DNA of 64,000 nucleotides from a virus. Shown here piece after piece: positions 40,448-51,222 of the stretch. Position 1 is the first letter of the stretch, and the number at the start of each line of letters is the position of its first letter. The stretch is taken from IMG/VR virus record IMGVR_UViG_3300031521_000015. The stretch is one strand, 5' to 3'. The position numbers and the translations under genes are program-made. The notes below the pieces were generated by a model, which made no database searches, had not been told where the DNA came from, and saw nothing but the letters and a program-made list of their open reading frames with translations.

Positions 40448-41509
40448 ATGGAATTAAATAAAGATTTCCTACAACTAGGGAAAAGAGTATACAATAACAA
40501 AACATCAGTAAATGCAGAAGGAGTAAACGAGGACGAGAATGTAGTAATTGAATTAGCTCATAAAGCTATAAATGCAAATGGAACTATAAATAACATTCAA
40601 GCGTATAGAGATTTAAACCAATTAATAATAAATACAGCAGAAAAATTACAACAACCAAACAGACAACAATATATAGACATAGTTTCTGACTATAAAAAAG
40701 TTGGTGCTAATGACATCATGCAATATAATGTAGAAGATAAAATAACTAAAGTAACTACTGCTGTAACAGCAACAGGCACAGGAGTTAATTTTACTAAAGT
40801 TCCTTCATTCGCAAGCAAAATATATGCAACACCTGTAAAACACCAATTCGGTATTAAATATTCTATTTCAGAAATGTATTCTGATCCAATTAACCAATTT
40901 AGAAATGCAGTAAATTTAGTTAGCGAAGAAAAAACAAGATATATCTTATCACAAATATTTGTTGCCGTAAGAGAAGCTTCTGCTAATGCTAAGATTCCTT
41001 CAAGACAAAAATATAGTGGTGCAGGTATTACTTTTGCAGGATTTAAAGGGATTGAAAGTTCTCTATTAAGATATGGTAGAAATGTTAAGCCAGTTATGAT
41101 AGCTGACACTGCTCTTATTGGTTCTTTGGCTGATAAGCAAGCAAGCGTTACTGTAACAGGTGCATCTACTATTCCTTTATATTTAACAGATGCTATGAGA
41201 GAATCCTTATTAAGAGATGCTACTCTAGAACAAATTTCAAAAACACTTGCTATTTCTATAGATAATCCTTATACAGATAACATGAACTCTAAAGTTGACT
41301 TACCAGTAGATGAAGCAATTTTAATTGCAGGTGGTTCTGCTTCTCCATTAAAAGTTACAGAATTTGGGGATATGGCTTTACTTTCAGATACTATTCAAGA
41401 ACATATTGAAAATGAAGAAGCTTATGTGAAGATTTCTTATAAGGTAGACATAACTTTATTATTAAATAGAGCTATTGGTTACATAAAGGACACTTCTGTA
41501 ATTCTTTAA
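40448..41509 (+). CDS. Major capsid protein (putative)
   Basis: 353 aa, expected position, followed by a terminator. Confidence 0.75.
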   Translation: MELNKDFLQLGKRVYNNKTSVNAEGVNEDENVVIELAHKAINANGTINNIQAYRDLNQLIINTAEKLQQPNRQQYIDIVSDYKKVGANDIMQYNVEDKITKVTTAVTATGTGVNFTKVPSFASKIYATPVKHQFGIKYSISEMYSDPINQFRNAVNLVSEEKTRYILSQIFVAVREASANAKIPSRQKYSGAGITFAGFKGIESSLLRYGRNVKPVMIADTALIGSLADKQASVTVTGASTIPLYLTDAMRESLLRDATLEQISKTLAISIDNPYTDNMNSKVDLPVDEAILIAGGSASPLKVTEFGDMALLSDTIQEHIENEEAYVKISYKVDITLLLNRAIGYIKDTSVIL

Positions 41510-41518
41510 TAAAATAAT

Positions 41519-41549
41519 GGGACTTCTTTAATTAGGAGTCCTTGTTTTA
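41519..41549 (+). terminator. Intrinsic terminator after capsid gene
   Basis: GGGACTTCT/AGGAGTCCT stem plus T-rich tail. Confidence 0.7.
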
Positions 41550-41577
41550 ATAATTTAAATTTGAGGAGAGAAAAATA

Positions 41578-42120
41578 ATGAGTAAAAATACAGTAACATT
41601 AATAAGAAAACAATCTGATCCATTTGAGGTTAATTATCCATTTGCATTACCAGAAGGTAAACTAACACACTTTGATTGGGTGGGAACTAAAGGAAGTATT
41701 ATAAGTAAGAGAGATATACCAATTGAAGTATTCCAATGGTTAAAAGATAGTACAACAACTTTTGCAAATGGACATTTGATAGTTGAGGAAAAAGACAATG
41801 AGGATTTAGAAGAAGATGCTAAATATTTAGTAGAAGACGTAGAAGAAAAACAAGCAGAAATTAGAGAAGCTATAAAGACTAAAGATGAAATACAAACAAT
41901 GTTAACAACAGGAAATCAACAAGTATTAAAGAAAGCATTAAATGAATTAATTAAAGATATTACAGACGAAGATCAAATTAAAGAAGTAAAAAGTTATATA
42001 TATAGAACTGCAATAGATATCGGTATTGATTCTAGTGCTAAAAGAAAAGTAATCTGTGAATGGTATGGATTATCTAACGTTGAAAATTGTGGTTACATAT
42101 TCGACGAAGAAACAAAATAA
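41578..42120 (+). CDS. Phage structural-region hypothetical protein
   Basis: GAGGAG RBS; follows capsid gene. Confidence 0.65.
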   Translation: MSKNTVTLIRKQSDPFEVNYPFALPEGKLTHFDWVGTKGSIISKRDIPIEVFQWLKDSTTTFANGHLIVEEKDNEDLEEDAKYLVEDVEEKQAEIREAIKTKDEIQTMLTTGNQQVLKKALNELIKDITDEDQIKEVKSYIYRTAIDIGIDSSAKRKVICEWYGLSNVENCGYIFDEETK

Positions 42121-42143
42121 GTAAAGGAAGGTGAGGTATTATT

Positions 42144-42557
42144 ATGGCTGTAACAGATTATGATACTATATGGGAAACCTTTCGAGATATCTCAGGATTA
42201 GATGATGAATTATTACCTAGTGACGAAAATGGAATATATATAGAAATTCATAATGCAGTAAGAAAATATAATATCAAAACCGATGATAGTGAAGAAAAGT
42301 TAACCTATGTAGATTCAACAGAAACTATAAGTAGGTTGTTAGACGATAATAGATTAGAATTACTTGCATTATTTATTAAACAAAATATATTAGAAAGTAA
42401 ATTGGAATACTTTGAGCAAATATATCAATACGATTTGAAAGAAGTTAAAAGTAAATTCTTTAAAGATCAAGTTTCTACTAGGCAATCCACTATTGAAAAA
42501 GTAGAAAAAGATATACTAGAAAGACTGAGTTATATGGATACTCATGATTTAAACTAA
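42144..42557 (+). CDS. Head-tail adaptor (putative)
   Basis: Size and position. Confidence 0.5.
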   Translation: MAVTDYDTIWETFRDISGLDDELLPSDENGIYIEIHNAVRKYNIKTDDSEEKLTYVDSTETISRLLDDNRLELLALFIKQNILESKLEYFEQIYQYDLKEVKSKFFKDQVSTRQSTIEKVEKDILERLSYMDTHDLN

Positions 42558-43789
42558 TGAAAGATTTTAGTAATTACAAAAAGCATATTGAGATTGATAT
42601 GAAAAGTTATAGTGGTAAATTTCATTTTAATGAACAACTAAAACAAGAAGGCACTGATATAAAAATAAATAAACAAAGTAGCCAAATGATAGATGGATTG
42701 GATACTCCTATTAGAGCAATCGTAAGAAATCATGGTAATGAGTATAATGAATTAAAAGAAGAACGTTCTGTAATGATTGATAAAAAGTATAATTATAAAG
42801 TTGGAGATTATATTGAATATTTAGGTGATATATATTTAACCAATGCTTTTATAGATAAAGATAATCCATTTTTTAATACTACTAAAATGACAAAGTGTAA
42901 TTATATTCTAAAATGGATGGATGATGGCATTTTATATCAACAACCTTGCATTATCTATAATAATACTAAATATACAGGTGGAACTAAAGTTCAAAATGGA
43001 TTTACAGAAGTTGATGCTATGGTTAATATAACTATACAAATGAATGATAATACAAGGAAGATAAACTATGGTAAAAGACTATACACTATGAAAAATGCAT
43101 GGCAAGTTACGTTGATTGATAATATTACAACTGGAAATGTTTTTTCATGGACACTTGGTAAAGATAGTATAAATACCAATGACGATATAGTTAATGAAAT
43201 TTGTGATGCATTTTTACATAACTATGCAATTACTTTAAGTTCGAATTCTGAATCAATAGTTGAGACATCTACTTATCAAATAGTTACAAATGTTACTGAT
43301 AATAATGTAAGTGTACCAAACCCTATAATCACATATACTTCATCAGATGAAACTATTGCTACAGTTAATTTAAATGGCTTAGTTACTGCTTTAAAAATTG
43401 GTAATTGTACTATAACTGCAAGTGTGGGTAGTGTTTCAACTAGCCTAGTATTAAATGTTACTGCTAAGACAATAACTCCTGTGATATCTTATGGATATAA
43501 ATTCAGTCAAGGTGTGAGTATCAAACAGTACGTAACTTCAATTTTGACTTGCACAGAGACTACCGATTCTGTAACAACTCCTTTAAATATTTCATGTAGT
43601 TGGGATAGTGTAGGACAATCGTTGATTAGTACTAATAAGATAGTTGTAACAACAAAGAGTTCTTCAAGTATAGGTATTAAAAATGCATTAATTACTTCAA
43701 GTATAGTAGCACATTTAACTGTAACTGATATTGATACTGGTGCATTAATTCTTGACAATGTTGCTATAACATTTGTTAATGGATTATAA
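42557..43789 (+). CDS. Head-closure-like protein with C-terminal Ig-like (Big_2) domain
   Basis: TYTSSDETIATVNLNGLVTALKIGNCTITAS. Confidence 0.7.
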   Translation: MKDFSNYKKHIEIDMKSYSGKFHFNEQLKQEGTDIKINKQSSQMIDGLDTPIRAIVRNHGNEYNELKEERSVMIDKKYNYKVGDYIEYLGDIYLTNAFIDKDNPFFNTTKMTKCNYILKWMDDGILYQQPCIIYNNTKYTGGTKVQNGFTEVDAMVNITIQMNDNTRKINYGKRLYTMKNAWQVTLIDNITTGNVFSWTLGKDSINTNDDIVNEICDAFLHNYAITLSSNSESIVETSTYQIVTNVTDNNVSVPNPIITYTSSDETIATVNLNGLVTALKIGNCTITASVGSVSTSLVLNVTAKTITPVISYGYKFSQGVSIKQYVTSILTCTETTDSVTTPLNISCSWDSVGQSLISTNKIVVTTKSSSSIGIKNALITSSIVAHLTVTDIDTGALILDNVAITFVNGL

Positions 43790-43919
43790 AACAAATTAAT
43801 ATAATAAGGAATTGATAAAACAGAACTTTTATTGGGTTTTTAAGTTTTGAGAATGTGGCTATAGGCTAGGTGTAGAAAATTAAAATTAATTAAAATGATG
43901 GAGGTGATAGTAAATAATT

Positions 43920-44480
43920 ATGAGTTTAGATAGTTTTAAGGTATTTAAAGATTACATAAGAAAAATGGTTCTTGAGGATAGTGAATTACAAAAACTCATT
44001 TACTATCCTTACTCAGATGCACTTGATAGAGCTGATTTAGAAAATCCCTACGATATATTTTCAGAAGATACTGCAACAAATAGTAGTAATGGTGTGCATG
44101 GAGTCTTATTGTTTAAAAGGCAAGCAGATATTATCATGAACGCAGAAATGCCATTGGTTCTAATATCTTTTGAAACAACAAAGAGAAGTAAATATATATC
44201 AAATGTTTATATTATATGTAAAATAATATGCAAAGGAACAAATATTCAAGAATTAAATGATGGTAGTAGTAGGATTTATAGTATTAAAAGAAAAATTAAT
44301 GATAATCTTGAAACAGCTAATATAAATAATATTGGGGAATTTACTGAGAACTCTTTTCAAGAACTTTCCATTAACAGTGAAAATGATGCCATGTTGTTGA
44401 TGTATAAAGGGTTCGGAACTAATGCAGAAATATCATCGAATAAAAATTATCAACTTAGAAAGTATGGTAAAACATTATGA
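43920..44480 (+). CDS. Neck/tail-terminator protein (putative)
   Basis: LQKLIYYP motif; position. Confidence 0.5.
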   Translation: MSLDSFKVFKDYIRKMVLEDSELQKLIYYPYSDALDRADLENPYDIFSEDTATNSSNGVHGVLLFKRQADIIMNAEMPLVLISFETTKRSKYISNVYIICKIICKGTNIQELNDGSSRIYSIKRKINDNLETANINNIGEFTENSFQELSINSENDAMLLMYKGFGTNAEISSNKNYQLRKYGKTL

Positions 44481-45355
44481 TTACTGAAATAAATGATTTA
44501 GATAATTATTTTATGAGACCACAATTTATTGAAGGTATGGGTAATATATATCCTATTAGTATTTTTGACCATGACGTATTTTCTAAGTTAGCAGGCAAAT
44601 ATATCACACAAGGTATTACTACATTGCATAATTTATATAAGGTTAATAAAAAAACTAACGTGTTAGATTACTTTGTAAGCACATCGTTAAAAATGGATAA
44701 GGAAATTGAATATTTAAATAATATAAAACAATATACTCCTATTAATGAAGATGAACAGTCTAAATATAATGAGTTAATGCAATTGCTTAACTTATATAAT
44801 AGTGGACAGGTAATGACCTATTCAATATATGAATTAGAACAACTATTTTCTTTATTATTTAAAAAACAAGTAATGTTTAAATGTTTAAGTCAAGAAGAAT
44901 TAAATTATGTTTTTCAAATAGAAAATGATGGTTTATATATTACTAGAGATAATTTTAAAGAATTGCGTGGTATTGTAATGTGGCAAAATCTTCTTTATGA
45001 AATGCCTACATCAAAAGATAAACGAATTAATGAAGAAATTCAAAGAACAATTAAATCTCAAACTAAAGATAATAAAGGTGGAGATTTATGTGCAATGTTA
45101 TCAGTTGTAGGTTCTGAAAGAGGATTATCAGATGAAGAAATATTTAAATATACATATTATAGATTACGATTTGATTATGAAATTATAACTAGAAAAAATT
45201 ATAATATATTTATGTTTATGTTAAGAAGCCAAGGATGTAATGATGCTAAAATAATAGAACTTAGCGAACAGGTGAACCTTAGATTTAATCCTTATGACAT
45301 GATAGTTGGTGATTTTAAAGTTAATTCGCTAGATAAAATATTGCAACAAAAATAA
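44477..45355 (+). CDS. Tail-region hypothetical protein
   Basis: Overlaps previous stop; EIFKYTYYRL chaperone-like motif. Confidence 0.55.
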   Translation: MITEINDLDNYFMRPQFIEGMGNIYPISIFDHDVFSKLAGKYITQGITTLHNLYKVNKKTNVLDYFVSTSLKMDKEIEYLNNIKQYTPINEDEQSKYNELMQLLNLYNSGQVMTYSIYELEQLFSLLFKKQVMFKCLSQEELNYVFQIENDGLYITRDNFKELRGIVMWQNLLYEMPTSKDKRINEEIQRTIKSQTKDNKGGDLCAMLSVVGSERGLSDEEIFKYTYYRLRFDYEIITRKNYNIFMFMLRSQGCNDAKIIELSEQVNLRFNPYDMIVGDFKVNSLDKILQQK

Positions 45356-45427
45356 TAAAGATATTTATTTGGGAAACCAAATTAATAAATAAATTAAATG
45401 AAAAAATTAAAAGGAGGAATAATAACA

Positions 45428-46537
45428 ATGAGTAAAATAATAGAAGACTCTTTAATGAAAGACGTTGTTGAATTTAAAATTGGTCGAGTATTTTTATATG
45501 ACGCTAAGACTAAAATAGAATATGCTACAGCAACGGTAAAAACTTCAGAAATGAATGCAAAAGCAGACCAAATAGAGGTAAAATCAGGTACGGATAACGA
45601 TATAACATATATTATCGATAAACCTAAAACAGTAGTATTTACAATAGAAGACGTTATTCAAGATCAAAACTTATTTGCATTAAAAATGGGTGATGGTATG
45701 AAGGACGCTGACGCTACGGTAGACGGATTTCATATGCCAGAATTATACGCAGTTGAATTATCAGGTGCAGATAAGATTGTAACCTTATCAGAAGAACCAA
45801 AATTAGGGGAAGAAGTTACTTTTACTAATCCAATAACAGGAAATCAAATTGATTCTGTAAATGTAACTCAAGATACAGTAAATAAAAAAGTATTTAAAAT
45901 AGTAGACGCTAGTATTGCAGTAGGAGATAATATTCAAGTTGGTGGATTTAAGTTCATAGGAAAACTTGGAGATAAGTATTTCAATCTAACATCATCTAGT
46001 TCAGTGCCAGAATTATTTGCAGTAGTAGAAATTCCATTAGTAAAACCTGATATGAGTGCATTATGCGATAAATTATATATATTGCCTCGTTGTAAACTAA
46101 GTGCAACTACTGATTCAAAAAATGAGTCCGATCCAAAAGAAGTAGATGCTAAACATGAATTAACAGTAATGAAACCAGTAGGTGCTAAATACTTAGGAAC
46201 TGTATATTATAAATTCCCAAATTCAGTTGCAGATCCAACTCCAATTACTGATTTAACAGGCATATCTACTTTAGCTGGTAAAATTGATTTAACATTCACA
46301 GCACCAGCAGATGCAGATAATATAGAAGTACAATATAAGTTATCAACAGATTTAAATTGGGTTGAAACAAATATAGGAGGAACTACAGGTGTAAGAGTTG
46401 CTACGGCTGTATCTGAAACCGACATTTCTAAAACAATATTAGGATTATCATCGGGTACATATGACGTAAGACTAGTTGTTGACGGTGGATTATATGAAGG
46501 AATAAGTAATTCAGTAACTTCAATTGTAGTAGCATAA
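45428..46537 (+). CDS. Major tail (tube) protein with C-terminal FN3-like domain
   Basis: AGGAGG RBS before MSKII; C-terminal IDLTFTAP..VQYK..GLSSGTYDVRL. Confidence 0.65.
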   Translation: MSKIIEDSLMKDVVEFKIGRVFLYDAKTKIEYATATVKTSEMNAKADQIEVKSGTDNDITYIIDKPKTVVFTIEDVIQDQNLFALKMGDGMKDADATVDGFHMPELYAVELSGADKIVTLSEEPKLGEEVTFTNPITGNQIDSVNVTQDTVNKKVFKIVDASIAVGDNIQVGGFKFIGKLGDKYFNLTSSSSVPELFAVVEIPLVKPDMSALCDKLYILPRCKLSATTDSKNESDPKEVDAKHELTVMKPVGAKYLGTVYYKFPNSVADPTPITDLTGISTLAGKIDLTFTAPADADNIEVQYKLSTDLNWVETNIGGTTGVRVATAVSETDISKTILGLSSGTYDVRLVVDGGLYEGISNSVTSIVVA

Positions 46538-46623
46538 TAAAATTAAAATTAAACAATGAATAAATAGACATCTTTCTAGGTGTCTATCCTTGATTGTTTA
46601 AAAACAAATTATAAATAATCAAT

Positions 46624-46652
46624 TTTACAATAATACCTAAATATGGTATTAT
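46624..46652 (+). promoter_or_regulatory. SigA promoter of endonuclease cassette 3
   Basis: TTTACA-N17-TATTAT with extended TG. Confidence 0.7.
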
Positions 46653-46756
46653 TGTAATGTAGGATAAATAAGGAAGTCATGAGCCTTATTGAAAAGGAGT
46701 ATTCCGAACTCCCTTCCTATATTACATATAAATCGGAAAATAAATTCAACGGAGGA
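46653..46756 (+). ncRNA. Structured leader RNA, copy 3
   Basis: 12-bp P1; P2 loop TCATGA; P3 loop TTCCGA complementary to TCGGAA (46733) and CGGA of the RBS (46750). Confidence 0.75.
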
Positions 46757-46763
46757 ATTAGTG

Positions 46764-48293
46764 ATGGAAGAAAGGGAATATCAACAAATTATTGAACAAT
46801 GGGAACTAGAACATAATGAATTAATTGAAAGTGGAACGTGTAGAAAGATATTTTTAGATGTATTACCTAAATCAAATCACAATGGTGGAAGTATAGATTG
46901 GAAAAATAGCAACGACTATAAAGTATATTTTATAGATAAAAATGTTGCAGGTTATGTAATGATAATAAATTATAGAAGTATTGGACAAGAACTACAAATA
47001 TCTTATCTACAAGATATATATAAAATAAATACAGGAGATTTTACACAATGTAAATTAGGGAATATAGTTGGTACAAAAACAAGTAATTTTAAATATAAAA
47101 TTGGGCAAATAATAAAAGATAATAAAAGAGATATAACAATAACCGATTATAAAAATGAAAAAGGAAAAAGTAAACTTTATAAATACAAATGCAATACGTG
47201 TGGATTTGATTGTGGAGAACATTATTCAATAAGAGATAAGGAATATAAAGATGAATTTTGGATACCAGAACATAATCTACTTAGTCGAGATACAGGTTGT
47301 GCTTGTTGTAATAGTACAATTATAGTAAAAGATATAAATAGCATATCTAAAACAAATCCAGAAATGGCGAAGTTCTTTTTAAATATTGAAGATACTTATA
47401 TTCATAGTGAATGTAGCAATAGAAAAGTATATGTAAAATGTAAAGAATGTGGGAAAATAAAGAAGAAAAAAGTTTCTGTAAATTCTTTTGTTTCAAATGA
47501 AAGTATTGGTTGTGAATATTGTGGCGATGGGAAAAGTTACGCTGAAAAATTCATGTTTAATATTTTAACTCAATTAAATATAGAATTTATTCCAGAGTAT
47601 TCTCCGGATTGGATAGGCAAAAGAAGATATGATTTTTACATTCCATCAATGAATTTAATTATAGAGATGGATGGTGGTTGGCATGAAAATGACAACAAAA
47701 TGAGTGGACAAAGTTCTAAGGAGTCAAAAGCAATTGATGATTATAAAGAAGAAATGGCTATGTTACATGGAATAAAGAAACCAATTAGGATTAATTGTTA
47801 TTTTAGAATTAGAAAATATGAAAATATAAAGAATAATATACTAAATAGCGATTTAAATTATTATTTTGATTTAAATAAAGTTGATTTTAAGAAAGCTGAT
47901 GAACAATCTCATAAGCCAATAGTAAAAGAAGCTTGTGAATTATGGAATAGTGGGATTAGAAGTACAGGGGAAATAGGTAAGATTTTAAAAATATCAAGTT
48001 CATGTGCACTTAGTTATTTGAAGAAAGGTAAAAATCTCGATTGGTGCGATTATACTGTAGAAGATAGTGAAAAATTCAAAATAGAACATATTAGAAAAGT
48101 CACAAAAAACAATTGTAAACCAGTTGAAATATTTAAAGATAATATAAGTCAAGGAATATTTCCATCAGCACAAGAATTAGATGAAAAAAGTGAAGAATTA
48201 TTTGGAGCAAAGCTAAACTTTTGTAAAATATCAGCAGTATGCCGAGGTAAAAAGCCACAATATAAAGGATATACTTTTAAATTTGTAGCCTAA
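46764..48293 (+). CDS. Zinc-ribbon + PD-(D/E)xK-like + NUMOD1-like endonuclease
   Basis: RRYDFY..IIEMDGG.H; GGAGG RBS puts the start at 46761/46764, not 46689. Confidence 0.75.
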   Translation: MEEREYQQIIEQWELEHNELIESGTCRKIFLDVLPKSNHNGGSIDWKNSNDYKVYFIDKNVAGYVMIINYRSIGQELQISYLQDIYKINTGDFTQCKLGNIVGTKTSNFKYKIGQIIKDNKRDITITDYKNEKGKSKLYKYKCNTCGFDCGEHYSIRDKEYKDEFWIPEHNLLSRDTGCACCNSTIIVKDINSISKTNPEMAKFFLNIEDTYIHSECSNRKVYVKCKECGKIKKKKVSVNSFVSNESIGCEYCGDGKSYAEKFMFNILTQLNIEFIPEYSPDWIGKRRYDFYIPSMNLIIEMDGGWHENDNKMSGQSSKESKAIDDYKEEMAMLHGIKKPIRINCYFRIRKYENIKNNILNSDLNYYFDLNKVDFKKADEQSHKPIVKEACELWNSGIRSTGEIGKILKISSSCALSYLKKGKNLDWCDYTVEDSEKFKIEHIRKVTKNNCKPVEIFKDNISQGIFPSAQELDEKSEELFGAKLNFCKISAVCRGKKPQYKGYTFKFVA

Positions 48294-48421
48294 TAACTTA
48301 AACCAAGCAATAGAAAATTAAATAACTAAACACAAAACAACCTAAGGCATCTTATTAATTAAGGTGTCTTTTATTATACCTAAAATGAAATACATTAATA
48401 ATATAAAGGAAGTGACAATAC

Positions 48422-48868
48422 ATGGCAGATTTTAATAGTCTAGAAGCATTCTATTCTCAATTACAAACGAATGTAGGAGAAATATTAAGAGATGAAGCAG
48501 AAAAAATAAAAGGAATTATACAAGACTATGTTATAACTGTTATCTATAGTTCATATTCTCCTCAAGTCTACTCTAGAACGTCAGAATTGTTAAATTCGAT
48601 TATAATTGATTATAAAATAGTAGGAAATGAATATATAGCAGAAATAAAACTTGATCCAAGTGCTATGCAATCTCCTTCAAACTCAGAAAATAAAAATCCT
48701 TTACCAATTACAGATATTGCAGAGATGTTTGCAGAAGGTCTAGGGTATAAAAGAGGTGGAAAAGAAATGGATATGATTGGAGATACTTATGAAAATTATG
48801 TGGTAACTGGAGATGCAATTAAAGATATTATTAGTATGCTAAAATCAAAAGGATATGATTTTTCATAA
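48422..48868 (+). CDS. Tail completion/HK97-gp10-like protein (putative)
   Basis: YSPQVYSRTSELLNSI motif. Confidence 0.55.
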   Translation: MADFNSLEAFYSQLQTNVGEILRDEAEKIKGIIQDYVITVIYSSYSPQVYSRTSELLNSIIIDYKIVGNEYIAEIKLDPSAMQSPSNSENKNPLPITDIAEMFAEGLGYKRGGKEMDMIGDTYENYVVTGDAIKDIISMLKSKGYDFS

Positions 48869-49205
48869 AACGATAACAACATAAATTGTTCATTTTAAAG
48901 GAATATAATTATTAAAACAAATTAATATAAATATGTATTGACTTTATAAAGCGATGGTATTATAGTATAAATATACCAATTAACAAATTAATATATAAAG
49001 TCAATACATAATTTTCAAAGACGTATATTTTAATGGTGATTCCAACACCAAAATTTATTTAGAATACATGCAATGAGTAATTTATGACTAAGGGTAGCTC
49101 CCTTAGTCGGATTATTCTAACTAAATAAACAGTAGAAATACGATTAAAGTATATGCAGAAACGCATGTATTAAGAATAAATTAAAATAAAAAGGAGTTGT
49201 TTTGA

Positions 49206-50177
49206 ATGGAACAAAACAAAATTATCAAATTATTTACAGAAGGAAAAGTACAAGTAAAGGAGCGAGAATTTACAAAAGTATTAGGTGGATTTTCTGAGTC
49301 GAGTCCAATTATTACTGATAGACAAATTGCAGAATTATTAGAATATGCAAAAGGAGCTAGAAGTGTAAGGCAAAGATTGTCCGATAATTTACAACATTTT
49401 GAATTTGGAGTTGATATTTTAGATTTAAAATCTAGTGTCCCACAGCAGGACACTACAAAGGAAGCATTGAAAACACTAGGTTATACAGATCAAGCTATTA
49501 ATTTAGCTAAAAATATTTATGTATTTTCTGAAGCAGGATTTTTATTATTTTTAAAATTTGCAGAAGGAGATAAAGCAGTAGAGTTATATAAAGATTTCAT
49601 TGAAGATTATTTTAAAATTAAGGCAGAGAACATTGTTATGGAAAAGACTTTACAAGAAAGTAAAGAATCTTTTATAGAAGAAAGAAAATATATATTAGGT
49701 AGTGTAATAATGGAATCTGATACTTCTAAGAAATTAGTATTATTAGAAAGAGATAAAAAATTAGAAGAACAAATTAAACAAATAGATATAACTTTAGCAA
49801 AAGAACAATTAATGGAACAAGTACAAGATAGTTTAGCTATCGCAGATAGATTTACTAACTCAAATAAGTTATATGACGTAGGTGAATTTAGTAAGATATT
49901 AAATATTCCAAAGTTTGGACGTAATAAATTATTTGAATGGATGAGAGATAATAAAATATTAAGAGCAAATAATGAACCTTATCAAAATCAAGTAGACATG
50001 AACCATTTTAAGGTTATACCAATAGAAGGAAACAGATTTGCTGATTCAAAAACACTAATAAAATCACAAGGCATTTCTTACATAATTAAAAAGTTGATTA
50101 AAGATGGTAAAATACAATCTAAATCTTATGAAGATATTATAAAGAATATAGATGAGAACTTGAAAGTTGCTAATTAA
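49206..50177 (+). CDS. Phage antirepressor with KilAC-type C-terminal domain
   Basis: IYVFSEAG N-terminal domain; VGEFSKIL..GRNKLFEWMR..PYQ. Confidence 0.8.
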   Translation: MEQNKIIKLFTEGKVQVKEREFTKVLGGFSESSPIITDRQIAELLEYAKGARSVRQRLSDNLQHFEFGVDILDLKSSVPQQDTTKEALKTLGYTDQAINLAKNIYVFSEAGFLLFLKFAEGDKAVELYKDFIEDYFKIKAENIVMEKTLQESKESFIEERKYILGSVIMESDTSKKLVLLERDKKLEEQIKQIDITLAKEQLMEQVQDSLAIADRFTNSNKLYDVGEFSKILNIPKFGRNKLFEWMRDNKILRANNEPYQNQVDMNHFKVIPIEGNRFADSKTLIKSQGISYIIKKLIKDGKIQSKSYEDIIKNIDENLKVAN

Positions 50178-50214
50178 AAATAAATTAATATATAAATAGG
50201 AGTAGTGATAAATA

Positions 50215-50391
50215 ATGAATAATCAAAAATGGGATAAAGAATATCCAACACAATATTTAAAAGAAGTTGACTTTTTAACTGAAAAGGGATTTAGATGGGC
50301 TTTTGTTAAAACTAATGATTTTGGTGTAAGAATTTATAAGTATACAAAGTCAAAGGAATTGTTTAAAGCATTAAGTGAATTTTATAACTAA
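50215..50391 (+). CDS. Small DUF5659-like protein (58 aa)
   Basis: AGGAG RBS; DKEYPTQYLKEVDFL..YKYTKSKELFKAL. Confidence 0.6.
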   Translation: MNNQKWDKEYPTQYLKEVDFLTEKGFRWAFVKTNDFGVRIYKYTKSKELFKALSEFYN

Positions 50392-50481
50392 ATTAAAATG
50401 ATTAAGACAAGTTAGAGATAGTTTTATAGCTATCTCTTTTTGTTGTGCAAAAATAATTGATTGATAGGAGAAGCGATAAAT

Positions 50482-51222
50482 ATGGAGAAAATAAATAAAA
50501 AGCAATTAATGGACATTTTAGGTGTTAAAGATCGAGCATTAACCGTTATAGAACAAAGAAATACATTAGAATCAAGACTAGATGAAAAAGGATATAAATT
50601 GATTAATAAAACAAAAGAAGGCAGAAGTAATACATATGAAATAGAGAAGATAAATGATAGTAAGAAATTATTAAATGATATCTCAAAAATTATGTTTGGA
50701 ACTAAAAATGATTACTCTTTTGGTGACTATTTTATGTATAGATTATTTAATATTAATAAACCAATTACAAAAGAAATGTTATCTAAATGGTGTAAAGTTA
50801 ATAGAAAAACAATAACTAGGTGGGATGAAAAAATGTTAATGAATAATATATTATCAAAAGATGGTTATTTTTATATTGCTATGGAATTTGATAATGATAA
50901 GAAACCTACATACAGAATAACATGCAAAGAAGAATATTCTTCTTATATTAAATGTAGTAGATTCGCAAATAAGAAACAGGAAATAGCACAAAAATATAAA
51001 AAAGATGAAATTGATTATGATACTATGCAAATGCTAATGGATAGTGTTACTGCATATGCTCAAACTATTGAAGATAAATTCGTATATAGAGTTAGTAAGT
51101 TTCAATTGCAAAAGGAAAATCAACTATTTAAAGATATTTATAAATTAATTACTGATACATATGAATCTAAGAAGTTTAATGAATATTATATTGATTGGCT
51201 TGAAAGTGTTAAAGAAAATTAA
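50482..51222 (+). CDS. Hypothetical HTH-containing protein
   Basis: AGGAG RBS before MEKINK; TKEMLSKWCKVNRKTITRW HTH. Confidence 0.65.
   Translation: MEKINKKQLMDILGVKDRALTVIEQRNTLESRLDEKGYKLINKTKEGRSNTYEIEKINDSKKLLNDISKIMFGTKNDYSFGDYFMYRLFNINKPITKEMLSKWCKVNRKTITRWDEKMLMNNILSKDGYFYIAMEFDNDKKPTYRITCKEEYSSYIKCSRFANKKQEIAQKYKKDEIDYDTMQMLMDSVTAYAQTIEDKFVYRVSKFQLQKENQLFKDIYKLITDTYESKKFNEYYIDWLESVKEN

Noticed and set aside
46689-46763. ORF-track N-terminal extension of the endonuclease
   Set aside because: Lies within the leader RNA; the RBS and paralogue alignment point to 46761/46764
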